The notes below the pieces were generated by a model, which did no database searches, was not told where the DNA came from, and saw nothing but the letters and a program-made list of their open reading frames with translations. Below are positions 1 through 12,686 of a DNA stretch of 64,000 nt, piece after piece. The stretch spans positions 57,722,001 through 57,786,000 of the forward strand of contig NC_088792.1 of the NCBI RefSeq assembly GCF_011386835.1, in the 5' to 3' direction. The position numbers were made by a program, and so were the translations under genes. The stretch's first letter is position 1. Every line of letters begins with the position of its first letter. The stretch comes from Chrysemys picta bellii. Taxonomy: Eukaryota.

Positions 1-69
1 GCTTTACAAATGGTTAGTAAAGCCACACAGTACCCCTGAGACGCATGTGAGTAATACCTATGTGGGTAC

Positions 70-250
70 CTGTTTCTCTGCTGAGAGAGGACTGAGATTA
101 ATAGCTTCTCTGTTGATCAACCTGTTTCACAATGATCTCTGAATAGCATGGCAATAACTTTAGGTCATTCCTCACCTGGGTCCAATTTTGTGACTGAGAT
201 CTGGAGGTAAAAAGGCTAGAAATATCCAGCTTCCAGTATTCCATATTTTA
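70..250 (-). mobile_element. LF-SINE fragment
   Basis: Minus strand AGCCTTTTTACCTCCAGATC...CCAGGTGAGGAATGACCTAAAGTTATTGCCAT...CTCAGCAGAGA resembles the recalled LF-SINE consensus. Confidence 0.6.
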
Positions 251-1228
251 CTTAGTCACATTCAACTTTTTTGTATCCCACAGAAAACAGTCCTTAAAGA
301 TGAGGGTTTTCCTTCCTATGGACTCACCATACAGGCTTGTAAACTTGGCAGACTATTTCTAAAATAAATTAGTCTCCGTCCAAGCTGTGATGAAGATGAT
401 TTCCCAGATCTTAAACAGGACTTCATGCAACCAGAGTGGAACTTATTTCTAAAGGAGACCAGTTTGAAATTCAGTTGCTGTATCTATGGTGCAGTAACTG
501 CCATGATAATTGCTTTGATAATTAGAACTAACGATTACTGTTAGAGTTCCTAAATCTGTCTTTATAAATAGATACTCTGTCTACTCCCACAATTTAGCTC
601 CATAAATATCTTTATAGTAGGATTCTTTTTTAATATATACAAATTGTTTCCTTTATGAGGAATGATAAAAAATATTCTAATGAATGCATGGAGCCTAACA
701 TTTCAAAGTGGCTGCTTAAATTGTATTCATACAACCACTATGTGTGCAAAAAGATTTAGGCACATATAATATTGCTTGTGCTGCAAACTTATGTGTACAT
801 CCGTAGGAACAAATATAGGATTTCCATATGGAGTTTAAGTGGCCAAAAATTGGGCCCCTTGTTGTAAATGTTCCCTCAAAAGGAATTCTTAGACTCAGAT
901 GGTTGGTAACTTAAAAAATATACTAAGGGCCAAATTCTTCTCTGATATGGCCATTGATCTTTAAGGCCTTTGTAAACAGAATTTGGCCGTTTTTTATTTT
1001 TTTAAATAATATTGTCATTGCTTCCCCCATTATGCCCTTCCTAAATTCTATTCAAGAGTTGACCCTCGCTTTATTCCCTCTGTTGCCTGCTTGCAGTTAT
1101 AATGACTGCTGTCTAATTCTGCCCAGATGTAAACTGCAGTCCTTCCCACTGAATTCAGACATGTCAGGGCAGAGTTTAGCCACTAGATAAACTTATTAGA
1201 AGTGCAAATGACCATTGGACTATTACTA

Positions 1229-1417
1229 CACCTCTACCGCGATATAACGCCACCCGATATAACACGAATTCGGATATAATACGGTAAAGCAGTGCTCCGG
1301 GAGGGTGGGGCTGTGCATTCCAGGGGATCAAACCAAGTTTGATATAACGTGGTTTCACCTATAACGCGGTAAGATTTTTTTGGCTCCTGAGGACAGCGTT
1401 CTATCAAGGTAGAGGTG
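1229..1417. mobile_element. Tc1/mariner-like MITE
   Basis: TIR CACCTCTACCGCGATATAACGC versus CACCTCTACCTTGATAGAACGC (19/22), flanked by TA on both sides. An alternative reading gives a TTAC duplication. Confidence 0.8.
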
Positions 1418-2889
1418 TATTACAAGCAGATATTGTACTGAGTTAAACAATTCACTACTCTCTTTGGTGTGTGTTCCCGGTTTATAGACAGTTTTGTAAG
1501 CTGTTTTTACTGAAAAGAGTACATTGTATGTAAGAAGGCCTATAAGTTTTCTAATTAAAGTGGAGTTGTGGTAATAACAGAAAAATGTGTGTATACCACC
1601 TTGTACTCACTAGATCTCATTAGCTTTGAGTCCTATCAGCTTCACTGCAGGGTTGAGCTGTATTCTATTTCTTATGCATCATCAAAAGCATTGTGTCTAG
1701 ATTCTACTGTTTGAATAAGTGGCAAAACTCCCATTGTGACATTAAAGGGGTAAGAGCAGACCCTACATTTCAGCTACCAGGCCAAGTTGTTCTCTCTGTT
1801 ACAATCCCATTGAGGACTAAAGGGTTGTACAGTTGAAACTGAGGACAAATTTAGTCACAGACTCTTTATTAATACTGGTGATATGTAACCAGAAAGAAAA
1901 TACTTTCAAATCCCTAAAAATCAAATTTTGGGTGTACTATGAATTCATGTGGTGAATTTGCCCATTGAGAGACAACACTCCATAATGTTAATTTTCCAAA
2001 TTCACTTTTGGTCATAAGACCTCACTTTAGACTACTCTTGTGTGTACTTTACATAGGAAGGTAAGGTGTTAGTAGTGTATAATTAGTGAAAAAAGACTCT
2101 CTTGGTTTTGGGAAGTATTTGCTTTACTGTCACAAATTAATTGTGCTCAAAACATAATATCAATTTCAGGTAAAGATTTTTATGACACACACTCATATTC
2201 TTCTCTGCTTTCTTTGGTTGAATCAAGGTGAATAATGACTCGCATTTTTGTAACTGAGGAATTTGAATGCAATTTTTTTTTTACTCTAGATCTCTACAGT
2301 TTGACACTATCTTTTTGAATAAGTCAATAATTACTGGGTAGAAATAACAGTCGCTTCATTCATCGAGTATAATTTGAATGATTTAATTATGTGGATGGAA
2401 GATTTTAGTTTTTCAGCTTTGCTGTTTACTTCCTTTTTTGAGTAAAGATTATCAACCTAACATCTTTTTGGCAACTGAGGAACGAACAAACAGAGCTTGT
2501 CAACATTGGGATATTCAGGAAAATTAATCCAAATTAATTAAAGTTGTGAATTTTAAAGAGGATTAGTTTAGCTGCATTAAATCCCTGTGTGGTCTTTCTC
2601 ATTCAGAATTAAAGTGGCTTTAATTTGATTTAGCTTAGTTTACTTACAAGACTTCACTTCAGTGATTTTTTTTTTATGTCACTGCACATCAACTGGTCAT
2701 GAAGCCATGAGTGCTCCCTGCCACCCTTATATGTTGTGACAGTGAAAAGTTATACTGCATGCATGTGTGTTCCTGATTGGTGAGAGAGACTATGGGTTTG
2801 TCTATCCAGGGACAATCTCCTTACTTAGAAGTCCAAAAATTTGCTGGGTTTATGCTTATCCTGGCACAAAGGAGGTGAATCCAAGGGTT

Positions 2890-3462
2890 CTTGGGAGAAA
2901 TTATTTAGTGGCCTCGGAGTGCAGCCACCAACTCTTGCTGGTGGCGGTTGTCACACACATTCCTAAAACACTTAATTAGCGTTAGGAAAAACAAATATTC
3001 ACATAGACATGTCCAAATCATTGTAATTAGCAATAAATAAATCTGTTGTGAAAAGTGATATTAACAAATGTACAAGTATAATTTTTCACAGCAAGCCTGG
3101 GGACAAATTAAGCCCTAGACGGGGGTTGGGGAGATAGCAGGGGGTAGGGACGATGAAGGGGGGAGGCAGTGGGGCTGGAGGATGGAGCAGAAGCCACGCG
3201 GATGGAGTCTGGGGCAGGAGCCTGAAGCCCATGGCCAGAGTCTGCCACCCCAGGGCTAAAGCCCAAAGTCTGAGCCCCACCACCCCTGGGAAGGTGAGGA
3301 ACTCACTGGCTGCCTGCTCCTCCAGCGTTGTGCCCCAGGTGTCTCCAAAGGGGGACAGGGCCAAACCCCTGCTGATGTCCCAGCAACTAAGGTGGTGCAT
3401 CCAGGAGCACCAGGGAGGGGTAGGGACAAAAAAGCCACTGGTGGCCGCATTGAGAAATGCTG
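2890..3462. mobile_element. hAT-like non-autonomous fragment
   Basis: Right end GGCCGCATTGAGAAATGCTG with a GC-rich interior; left TIR and TSD not found. Confidence 0.55.
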
Positions 3463-4007
3463 GACTAGAACACCCACTTAGTGCTAGGACAGACTCTCTT
3501 ATTACCAGTCCTGGAAGCCATATAGACCATACGACTATTAGCATTGTGTAAGTTGGCATATTACCAGTTTCCACAAATATTTTTGGGATTTACCCTTTCC
3601 TAATTATATTGTTAGTGCCCCTGGGTTTTTTTATGGCTCAGTAGAGGATGTTATGAAATTATACAGCACAGAGGTATTTTTTCTCTTCTCTTTGGTGAGT
3701 CATCTTTTCTCTGTTGGAAGAACACGTATCCCTTGAGGTTTCAGTGCAAGAAGAAAGACCTTATGGCTCATTGCACAGCAATCCGTCTTCAAGACCTGAG
3801 TGCCCCCTCCCCTTACTTGTATGTTATAACACTTAACCTTTATTTTTATTTTTTAATTCAAGCATAATCTAGGTCCAGTAGTGTACATTTTTGTGTGCCC
3901 AGAAATAAGAAACTCTTTATTTTTAGGCATTTTACTTTGTATATGTGGTACAGACAAATTAAACACATTACACTGTTGTAACACCTAGTTCATATGTTCA
4001 TATGCAT

Positions 4008-4260
4008 CGTGATGACTTAGTGGGTAAGGTGCTAACCCGGGACACGGGAGACTCCAATTCCTTGCTCTTCCATGGGCTTCCTGTGTGACCTTAGGCAAAT
4101 CACATAGCAAACCAAGGCACAGAGAGGCTATCTCCAAAAATAGGGATAATAGCACTTCTCTACCTCATGGGTATAGTCAGGATAAATACATTACAAATTG
4201 TGAGGCACTCAAATATTATGGTAATGGAGGCCTTATAAGTCCCTAGGATACATACATACA
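4008..4260 (+). mobile_element. MIR-like CORE-SINE
   Basis: tRNA-like head, core TGTGACCTTAGGCAAATCAC...AAAAATAGGGATAATA, short-repeat tail. Confidence 0.7.
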
Positions 4261-5431
4261 TGCTCACCTCTGCATCTTCTCGTTATACCACAGAAGATGC
4301 AAGTAATTTTCATACACAATCTTTTTAAAACATCATTAATGTTGTTTGTAGGCCACATCATTGAGAATAGCCCATCTTTTATTTTCTGTACAAGATCAAA
4401 ATATTTTTTGTATCCTACATCTTTAGACAAAGGGAACTGAACAATCTAAGTAGTACTATGGGATCGTTAGAGTGTAATGTAGAGTGTTTACACTCCCTTT
4501 GATTTTAACTATTTATTAATTAAACTAATGAATAAATAATAGTGAAATCCTTCCAAGGAAGAAAAGTTTGAGAGAAATGCCTGACCCACAGTAACTTCTA
4601 CTTTGAATTCCTTGGGATCTGATTTTGTGTGCGTAAGTCTGACATGAAGGTTGAGAAAGTACAAGTTAATAAGAAATGAAGCATAGTCTATTCAGTAGAC
4701 TCACTTCTAGAGGTAGGCTGATATTTCTTTGAATTAGCCAGTCCTTGACTGTTGCTTGATGTGACATACATGAGAGAATATTTGCTAAAGGTCAGCTTCC
4801 TTAGAATGTGGAATTGCTTTCCAAGCTGGAGGAGTGGAAGCAGGTGCCTCTTCCAAGCTACTCTAAAACAGAGGCCATGCAAAGTCAAAAACTCACCACT
4901 TTCCAGGGCATTAACTTTATTAACAAAGAAAATAACAAAACCATAAATTTCAGCTCAAGATTTCTCCCCAGTTTACATCCTGGATATAGCTCAGTCCACA
5001 CTCAAAGACCTTTCCCCCTAGACAATCACACTCCTCTTCCTTATATCTGGGTAGAGTAGCAAGCCACCTGCCAGGAATAAATCAGCAGAATTCCCTTGAA
5101 CCTCCCCCAGGAGAATCAACATTTATTAGCAGGGTAGGGTGTTTCTGAGAAACACTACAACTGGAGTATGCAAAGTGCTAAAATACATAGCGTAGGGAAC
5201 AAGGCTGCATTGATGTGGTGCCATAACAGATGACCCAAGTAGGTCTTTTCCTTTTTTATTTCTTTAAATGTTTGTAGAGACTTGCCTGAACCAATTTGCC
5301 AGATTGCAACACCAGGAAGCTGGCGTCATTATCTTATGTCGGATGCCTGCAGGTATATAGAGGAAATGATACCTCACACAGTGGCTTCCCCCTTCTTTGA
5401 GACAGGTGGAGCATGATTCTGGCTTAACATC

Positions 5432-5857
5432 TGTGACGGAGCAGGGAGCGGCGCGGATTTGACCTGGGAATGTTGCAGGGGGGTTACATTGGGGATGGAA
5501 AGGAAGCTACCTGAGCTGTAACCTGAGCCAGGAGTGGGTTGGGAGAAGTGACACCTTCTGCCAGGGAGACTGAACAAAGGAGAGGAGGAGCAGAGGGGAG
5601 GGGAGAGAAAGCTGCTGGAGAAGTTTTTGTTTTCAGTTTGGGCTGGGTGGTGCAACGCAGGGAACCCCACGCTGGGGTCTAAGCTCCCTAAACCCCCCAG
5701 AAAGACTTGATTGAGGGGTTCTGGTTGTACCTACACGCTCCGCTTGGGACTATGTTCCTGTCATCTAATAAACCTTCTGTTTTACTGGCTGGCGGAGAGT
5801 CTCGGTGAATCTCAGGAAGGGGGGTGCAGGGCCCTGACTTCCCCACACTCCGTGACA
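5432..5857 (+). mobile_element. Solo LTR (426 bp)
   Basis: TGTGACGGAG...CTCCGTGACA termini; exact 5-bp TSD ACATC; internal AATAAA near 5767. Confidence 0.9.
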
Positions 5858-6512
5858 ACATCTACTTAGAGGATTCCATGGACCTGGAGAAGGAAGGCTG
5901 GGGGAAATGAAGAGGCACTCTTTGAAGTGGTTCTATGATTCAAGGAACAGTTGAACCAGACCAGGTGCCTTCTCATCACTTAAGGAGACAGAATGCTCTC
6001 TCTCTGTTCACGTGTAGCATCTCTTTATCCTAAAGGTTCACAAATATATCTGCCAATAACAGGAAACACTCCATAAGCTACAGCTATTTAACAATGTACA
6101 GTAGCAGCTTGGGACACAAGTGAAGCGCATCATGTCAAATTGAAACAGCAAAGATAATGTGGTAGTTAATCTGAGTAATTAGATCCTGGAGTTGTCCAGA
6201 CACCAGTACCAATATTGCTACTCTTCTCAAAAGTGCTACAGGATTTTTAATTGCCATGAGGATTTCTACTTTCCATTTTATACTGATGATCTGAACAAGC
6301 CATTACCTCCCACGAAGGAAGGAAAAGAAAGCAATACGTCTTAATTTGACTGGTCCGCTGGGGGTACAGCTCAGCATTTGGAACTTTCCTTTCACCAGTC
6401 TTTTGATAAGAACAGGTTTAGAACATGAAACAATTGAAATCAGGATCGGAGCTCATTCATCCGGTTCACGTTGCTTAAATGCTGAGGTGTCCCAAAGTTT
6501 CTGGTTTCCATG

Positions 6513-6620
6513 GTAAACAAAGCTGCAGTGTTTTTCTTTTGTTCCGGTTCAGTGCAAATATTTGCACGCTGGGAAATGTTCAGCTCCACAGACCTATACA
6601 TCAGCCATCTGCTTATAAAA
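6513..6620. promoter_or_regulatory. Candidate forkhead (FOXA) enhancer module
   Basis: GTAAACA at 6513-6519, 16-bp palindrome GTGCAAATATTTGCAC at 6552-6567, TATAAAA at 6614-6620; locally retained CpGs; no repeat recognised. Confidence 0.45.
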
Positions 6621-9585
6621 GCCAACACCCTTTTGCTCAGAGACGGATATAGGGGAGTATCCTGTTCTGTCAGTTTCCTAATTCCTGGGCCTCAGTTCAT
6701 TGACTTTTAAAAGTCCAAGTTCATTAGACCTTCCCTGTTCAAATTACAGCTGATAAGTCTAGAAAGGAAAATGTGTGAGAAGCAATAGAAGCTGCTGTCA
6801 CAATGAAGCAAGTCTGTAGCCGAGCTAGAAGAATGCCAATGATGTAGATGTGTCCTCTTCTACAGGCTTATAACAGATTATATTGTAGACACATCTACAT
6901 CATTGGTCTTCCTGAATGATAGTTCTGCTATACTGCTATTACAAACTCGATTCAATGTTTAAAAACAAAAACAAACAAACAAAAAACACAGCTTTTATTG
7001 CCCCTCTCTCTCTCTCTGTCTTTTTTCCTTCCTGGCCTTCTCAGCTGTAATCTAAACAGAGGAGACCAAACAAACCTGGACTTTCTAATGTCAATGAATT
7101 GTGGTCTAGGAATAAGGCACTTGAAGGAACAGGATCCTCCCCCTATATCACAAGAGAAGGAAATAAAAACCGTTGATAAATCGTCCGCAGCGAATACAAT
7201 GTAGCACAGCAGCCAAGAGAGGGGAGGAGACAGGAGGGAGCTTCCTCCCTCTTCTAACTATTCCATCCCTATCTTTTCAGGGCAGCATCAGAGGGGGAGG
7301 AGAAAGGAGGAGGAAGACACTGCTGGTCATGTCATGGACTACCATGTTATTTAGCTTAAAACACACATCTCTGAGAAATGACATAAATCTGAGATTTCAG
7401 CTTCTTGTTACAGCACCAAGTCTGGTACATGGAAAAGTAAATCTCAAGGGGGGAGAAGGGGCAGGTCAACTGTTAATTTAACGAGACTTTAAAACTGAAG
7501 AAAGAGGAACACATTGAACTCTACAAATACACAATGTGTTTGTTCTCTGAACACATAGCTCCACCCAATGGACTGGATCTGAAACCTCATTACCTTAAGG
7601 CTCCTGAAATCTTTTCTTTTATGCCATCATTTCAGGTCTCTAAATCCTCTCATTTTTTCTACTGCTATGCTCCCTCCTAGACCCTCTAAGTCACAGGTAT
7701 TTTGATCTACTTGTGTTAATATTTGTGGCATCTGATCTGATTCTTAGCCACTTTGTTTTCATGTCCAAGGAGGCTAAATTATCAGCAGTGGCCATGTTTG
7801 TGATACTGCCTACTTCTCCACCATTGACTGCTGTGCTGGTGATTTGTTTTGGGTTTATGCTGGGTTTTAATTTTCATATTCAAGCTCTTTAGGGCAGAGA
7901 GTATGCATTCTTATGTCTTACACCATTTAGCACATATGCAGGTGCTGCTGTAATATGAATAATTATAATAGCCCAAAATCTTGCTTCCCGTGTAAATTAG
8001 TCCCATTACATCTAGTTGATAAATTTTAATGGACATCTAGTCTCATGTCATCAATACACGATGGAATTAAAGATCAAATTCTGTCCTTGGCTGAAGTTAA
8101 TAAGCTTGCAAGGCTACAACGGAGGGTAGAATTGAATCTGATACTTAGGACTGAATAAATGAGAGAAGAAAGAAGGTGAAATCAGAAATGGGATCTTCCA
8201 GCTAGTAGGCCCAATAAAGCTAATCAGACATAGAACTAAAATGTTGAAAAATGCTTCATTTTGTGTTGATCAAACCAAAATGTGGTGTTTCAAAGTTTTT
8301 TTTTTAAAATGTTTTAAAAGCAAGGGACATCCCAAAGTGAACCGTCTTTCCGAAATAAGACATCAGAACCTTTTCTTTCAGAAATGCAGATACAAACTTC
8401 TTCAACGTGTCTGTTTTTTCCCCTTTTTCTGCAGAAAAAGTTCATTAAAATGGACTCAAAATCATGAATTGCTTTGGTCAACCTGAATCTGCATTTTTCT
8501 GCAAAAAAGTTTTCAGATTAAAAGTTTTGTCTAGCTCTAATAATGACTTATTTCAGTGAGGTGAAGTGAGTATTATTGATGAGAAAGGTAGGGTTGAGAG
8601 GGGGGTAGGGAGTTTGAAGGGTTACTCAGAAAGGGAGGAATGGCTTTATACCTAATGGGAGGCATCTATAACAAAAATAAACTGTTTCATAAAGTGCTTT
8701 TAAAATGCAACAGTAGGGGTTGCAAGGCACCCTAACCAGCAACACGAGTGATTATTGTTTTAATAAACATGGACGGGGAATAGGTGAGCTTGTTAAAGCT
8801 CAGGAAGCCCCTCTCCTGTGTCATGACCCTTGAAGAGGCCAGGTTCACTGGGATTCTTTGCATTCAGAGAGCATAGAGTCTCTGCACGGCTGCCATCACT
8901 ATTAGCACTAGCCTTTGTAAAACGGGTGGATCATGTCCTTGACCCACTCCCCCAAATTGGCCAACAGCACTGGCTGGGAACAGAGGGGAGCAGAGATTGC
9001 ATTGTTTCCAGTGGTGGTGCACTGCTAATGCTGCTTCCGGGGCTCCTGACCTCCTCCCCACTTCCAGCATGGGGCTGATACTATATTCCATAAACCAGTC
9101 TGAGGGTTGTGCCGCTGAAATCTGTACAAAAAATGTGTAACAGCAAATGTTAAGCACTTGGCTGCATTGCATGTTTGTGCTATTAGGAAAAACCTTGCTG
9201 TTACTGGTTCCATTATTAAATTATGATATAAAACATACAAGGTGTGGAATGTAGCTGAGTTAACAATGCAATTGGAGTCTTAATTGGTGCAATTCTTCTG
9301 AAATTGCCCAACCTTAATGTTGCATGAATTCCTTCTTGTATGCATTGGATTTGGGCCCCAAATGTTTGCTGGCAAAATGACAGATGTACTCTCAGTGCCC
9401 AGAGACTATGCATATTTTTAAGGTAAAATTATACAGATACCTGTCTCTAAACATTCCATGTATGCCCCAGTGGAATGTTTCTGCTCTGCTGCTGAGTGCA
9501 CCAGTTGCAGGTGGTTGATTTCAATGACATGTTTATGGTTGACTGACTGGAGCACTAAAGATGTAGGGGCGGTTTGTTTTTGATG

Positions 9586-9672
9586 GTGGTGTAGCCGTGT
9601 TGGTCCCAGGATATAAGAGGGACAAGGTGGGTTAGGTAATATCTTTTATTGGATCAGCTTCTGTTGGTGGAG
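9586..9672. mobile_element. Penelope-like fragment (different subfamily)
   Basis: GTAGCCGTGTTGGTCCCAGGATAT...GACAAGGTGGG...GTAATATCTTTTATTGG, recognised from memory. Confidence 0.65.
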
Positions 9673-10177
9673 CGCATAAGGGGAGCATTAGTAGTCAAAG
9701 AATTAATGTTGCAAGGTCTTTGATCTTGGACTATTTGTGGGGGAGGAGCTTTTTGTTTTTTTAGTATAGCTGTTATAGCTTCAGCCCTTGAGAAAGAAGC
9801 TGACAATGCCATTCAGTTTGCATTTAATGGCTCCAAGTACTTGCCCTATAAGAAGCATAGTTATAAAAATGTTACTGAATTTGGGGGGGGGGGGGGGGTT
9901 GCCTTGTTTCGCCTTCACATCCTTGTATTCTTAAAACTGGCTTTTGGTTTTGGAATTATGCAAAATTCAGTATGCGCAAGGTAGGCCTGATTCTCCTTTG
10001 ACTTAAAGTGGTGATTTGTATTTTTAATTCATGGCAGAATTGCTTAGAGCTAGAGATAGGCACTTTAAAAAATTCTTTATAAATCAAAATAAATAACACC
10101 ATTGACTTCAGTGGAGTTACTCCTGAGGAAAACATGAATAGATAAGTGTAATTTACCCTTTCCCACAATAGAAAAAA

Positions 10178-10566
10178 CAGGGTTCACCTGATGAAATGAA
10201 TAGACATCTGGTTTAATACAAACGAGAGGAAGTACTTTTTCACACAACTAACCTGTTGAACTCATTGCTATGGGATGGTGTATGACCAGAAGTATAACAG
10301 GGTTCAAAAAAGAGGCAGATATATTGATGGAGGACAGGTCCATCAATGGCTATTAACCAAGATGGGCAGGGATGCAACCCTATTCTAAGGGCAACTCTAA
10401 ACCTCTCACTGCCAGAAGCCGGGAGGGGAAGACAGGGGTAGATCATTCCAGCTGCCCTGTTCTGTACACTCCCACTGAAGCTCTGGTACTGGCCACCATC
10501 GGAGACCGGATACAAGGCTAGATAGACCATTGGTCTGAGGCAGCTTGGCACTTCTTATGTTCTTAT
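10178..10566 (+). mobile_element. CR1 LINE 3' end
   Basis: ORF2-end and 3'UTR similarity plus a (TTCTTATG)-type tail. Confidence 0.8.
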
Positions 10567-11670
10567 ATTCTAAGTAACACTGGTGTGACCAAATTCAGGT
10601 TCTGTGGCTTTCTCCTTTTAAGTTATATCACTATAACGTTTGGTGGAGATGAGTTGTCTGGGTTTATTTTCAACATACATGTGTTTTGTATTTTTCCAGC
10701 AAAAGGCAAGGAATAGAATGTTCATACATTTATAAACTCAAATCAGTCTTGCAGCTCAGTGTAGCTGTTTCCTTTATATTACTGTATGTATGATGAATGA
10801 CCTTTCCTTACTACAAGTTTTATACAGTGTCTGAATACATAGAGTACAAGATGAATGTATGAGTCTTTTATGACTGGCCCAGTCACCCTTACATGTTATA
10901 GTACCAGCTTAAGTGGTAAGGAAGGAAATAAGATTTCTTTTGTCCAGACTCTTAAAATGCAGTAACATCAAGTCTTCAATACTGGTTTAAGAAGCCATGC
11001 CCTTCCATTTATTTCACTCACAGCCTCTCACTGTATTTCCAATCACTGTGGGAGTGAAAATCATTATGATTGCTAGGCATATTTCTTGCAGTCCTCTGGA
11101 ATGGTAAGTGGCTTTTTGGACTTGACCAGAGAATATAGAATATTGTTCTGCACTGAGGAGTCAGTCCTTGATACATGAAGGACACCAGGACTCACAGCTA
11201 GGGCTCATTAAAAAATAAATTTATTATAAATTGAAAATTTTCATTTTCATTGATATTTCAAGTTTTCACCAGGGGGACCCACCCGCCCCCCATTCCAACC
11301 AGGTCTAATCTGACACTTGAAAATGACAGCAAAGTGAAACCACTTTTATTCTGGCTATTCTCTGGATTTCCTATGCCACACATACAATTTAATTGTGTAT
11401 CAAATGAGTAAACCAAACAGGGTTAGGAGGGACATATTTGACAGTTTTATTTTATTTTCAATATCTTCCTACAGGTACAAAATTCATTTCACTGGGTGTC
11501 AAGATAGTATACTATTAGTGACTCATGTAAGAAATTGAATTTTTCTTTAAGCATACAGATCATTTCTCCCCATGTCTCTCTCAAACTCTGTTATAACAGC
11601 AAATCTCTTTATTAACAACATTTTACTTTATAGCTAGGAGTAACTTAATTACTTCTTAACAAATGAGTCT

Positions 11671-11912
11671 ATGGCAGTGTTCAAAAAAGGACTAGATAAG
11701 TTCATGGAGGATAGGTCCATCAATGGCTGTTAGCCATTGGGCAGGGATGGTGTCCCTAGCCTCTGTTTGCCAGAAGCTGGGAATGAGTGACAGGGGATGG
11801 ATCACTTGATGATTAGCATTCCCTCTGGGGCACCTGGTATTGACTACTGTCAGAAGACAGGATACTGGGCTAGATGGATCTTTGATCTGACCCAGTTTGG
11901 CCGTTCTTATGT
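11671..11912 (+). mobile_element. CR1 LINE 3' end (PsCR1-like)
   Basis: GGACTAGATAAGTTCATGGAGGATAGGTCCATCAATGGC...GGCCGTTCTTATGT. Confidence 0.85.
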
Positions 11913-12238
11913 CTGGGTGTTATGGCCCTGAAGCTTATGTTGAAGCTGAGAATTCCTTCCTTCTAATCCATTGCATTAGTATATTTTCCTCAAAGTCAAA
12001 GGCCTTTGCTGAATTTTATCTGACAGAGCCCAAACTGTTCACTTGTTGTATATTCAGCATCAAAGTATATGTTCTGCTTTTAACAATCACATTATCGTAC
12101 AGAAGAATGCTGGACACAAAGACGAGCCACTCCCACACTGCCAACTGAGCTTCTCTTGAAAAGTTACAATGAACATATTATCCTTTTCTGCTCCAGCCTT
12201 TCTAGGAAATGTCTTCTGATCTGATCCTCTCAGCAAAG

Positions 12239-12244
12239 TTTATT
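12239..12244 (-). terminator. Candidate AGR3 polyadenylation signal AATAAA
   Basis: First AATAAA I find on the minus strand after the stop codon (plus strand tttatt); implies a 3'UTR of about 0.4 kb. No transcript evidence. Confidence 0.5.
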
Positions 12245-12251
12245 AACTGGC

Positions 12252-12336
12252 GCAGGCTACGAAGCAGTCATCAGATGGGATGGGTTACAACTTCTGGTCA
12301 AGCTTTACTGGACCAGATTTGAATCAGTGACCTAGA
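12252..12336 (-). mobile_element. LF-SINE fragment in the predicted AGR3 3'UTR
   Basis: Minus strand CTAGGTCACTGATTCAAATCTGGTCCAG...TGACCAGAAGT...CCATCTGATGACTG resembles the LF-SINE tRNA head. Confidence 0.6.
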
Positions 12337-12636
12337 ATTCAAAGAAATTTTTTTTTGCATCGTTTTACCATTCCCCCTGAATTTATCTGTGCAGCTAAGG
12401 TTTTACATGTTTTAAATATTTCCGTTCATCCATTCTAAACATTCAGTTCACTTTCAGAAGTGTTATATATACCTGGGAATATATTTTTTTCATATGAAAT
12501 TCTGTGTACCACAATTGATTGCTATAAGGTTTAAATGCTAATACAGACAAATCATCTAATGAGTATATTTCAAACGTGGAGGGGTTCCTTGTACCATTTC
12601 ATCTTGTAGAGGTTATGGTGATTTCACTGCCACAAG

Positions 12637-12686
12637 TTACAGTTCAGTCTGAATAAGGCGTAATGCTTTCTTCATGTTCTCTATCA
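12637..12686 (-). CDS. AGR3: AGR3 last coding exon, (L)[15 protein letters not shown]
   Basis: 50 nt ending in TAA (12639-12637); ttcttcttccag acceptor. It is the tail of ORF-track ORF 12637..12876. Confidence 0.97.

Noticed and set aside
1-12000. Expected AGR2 exons downstream of AGR3
   Set aside because: I found no AGR2 coding sequence (no PQTLSRGWGD or CPHS exon); it presumably lies beyond the left edge. The donor at about 4706 cannot be assigned.
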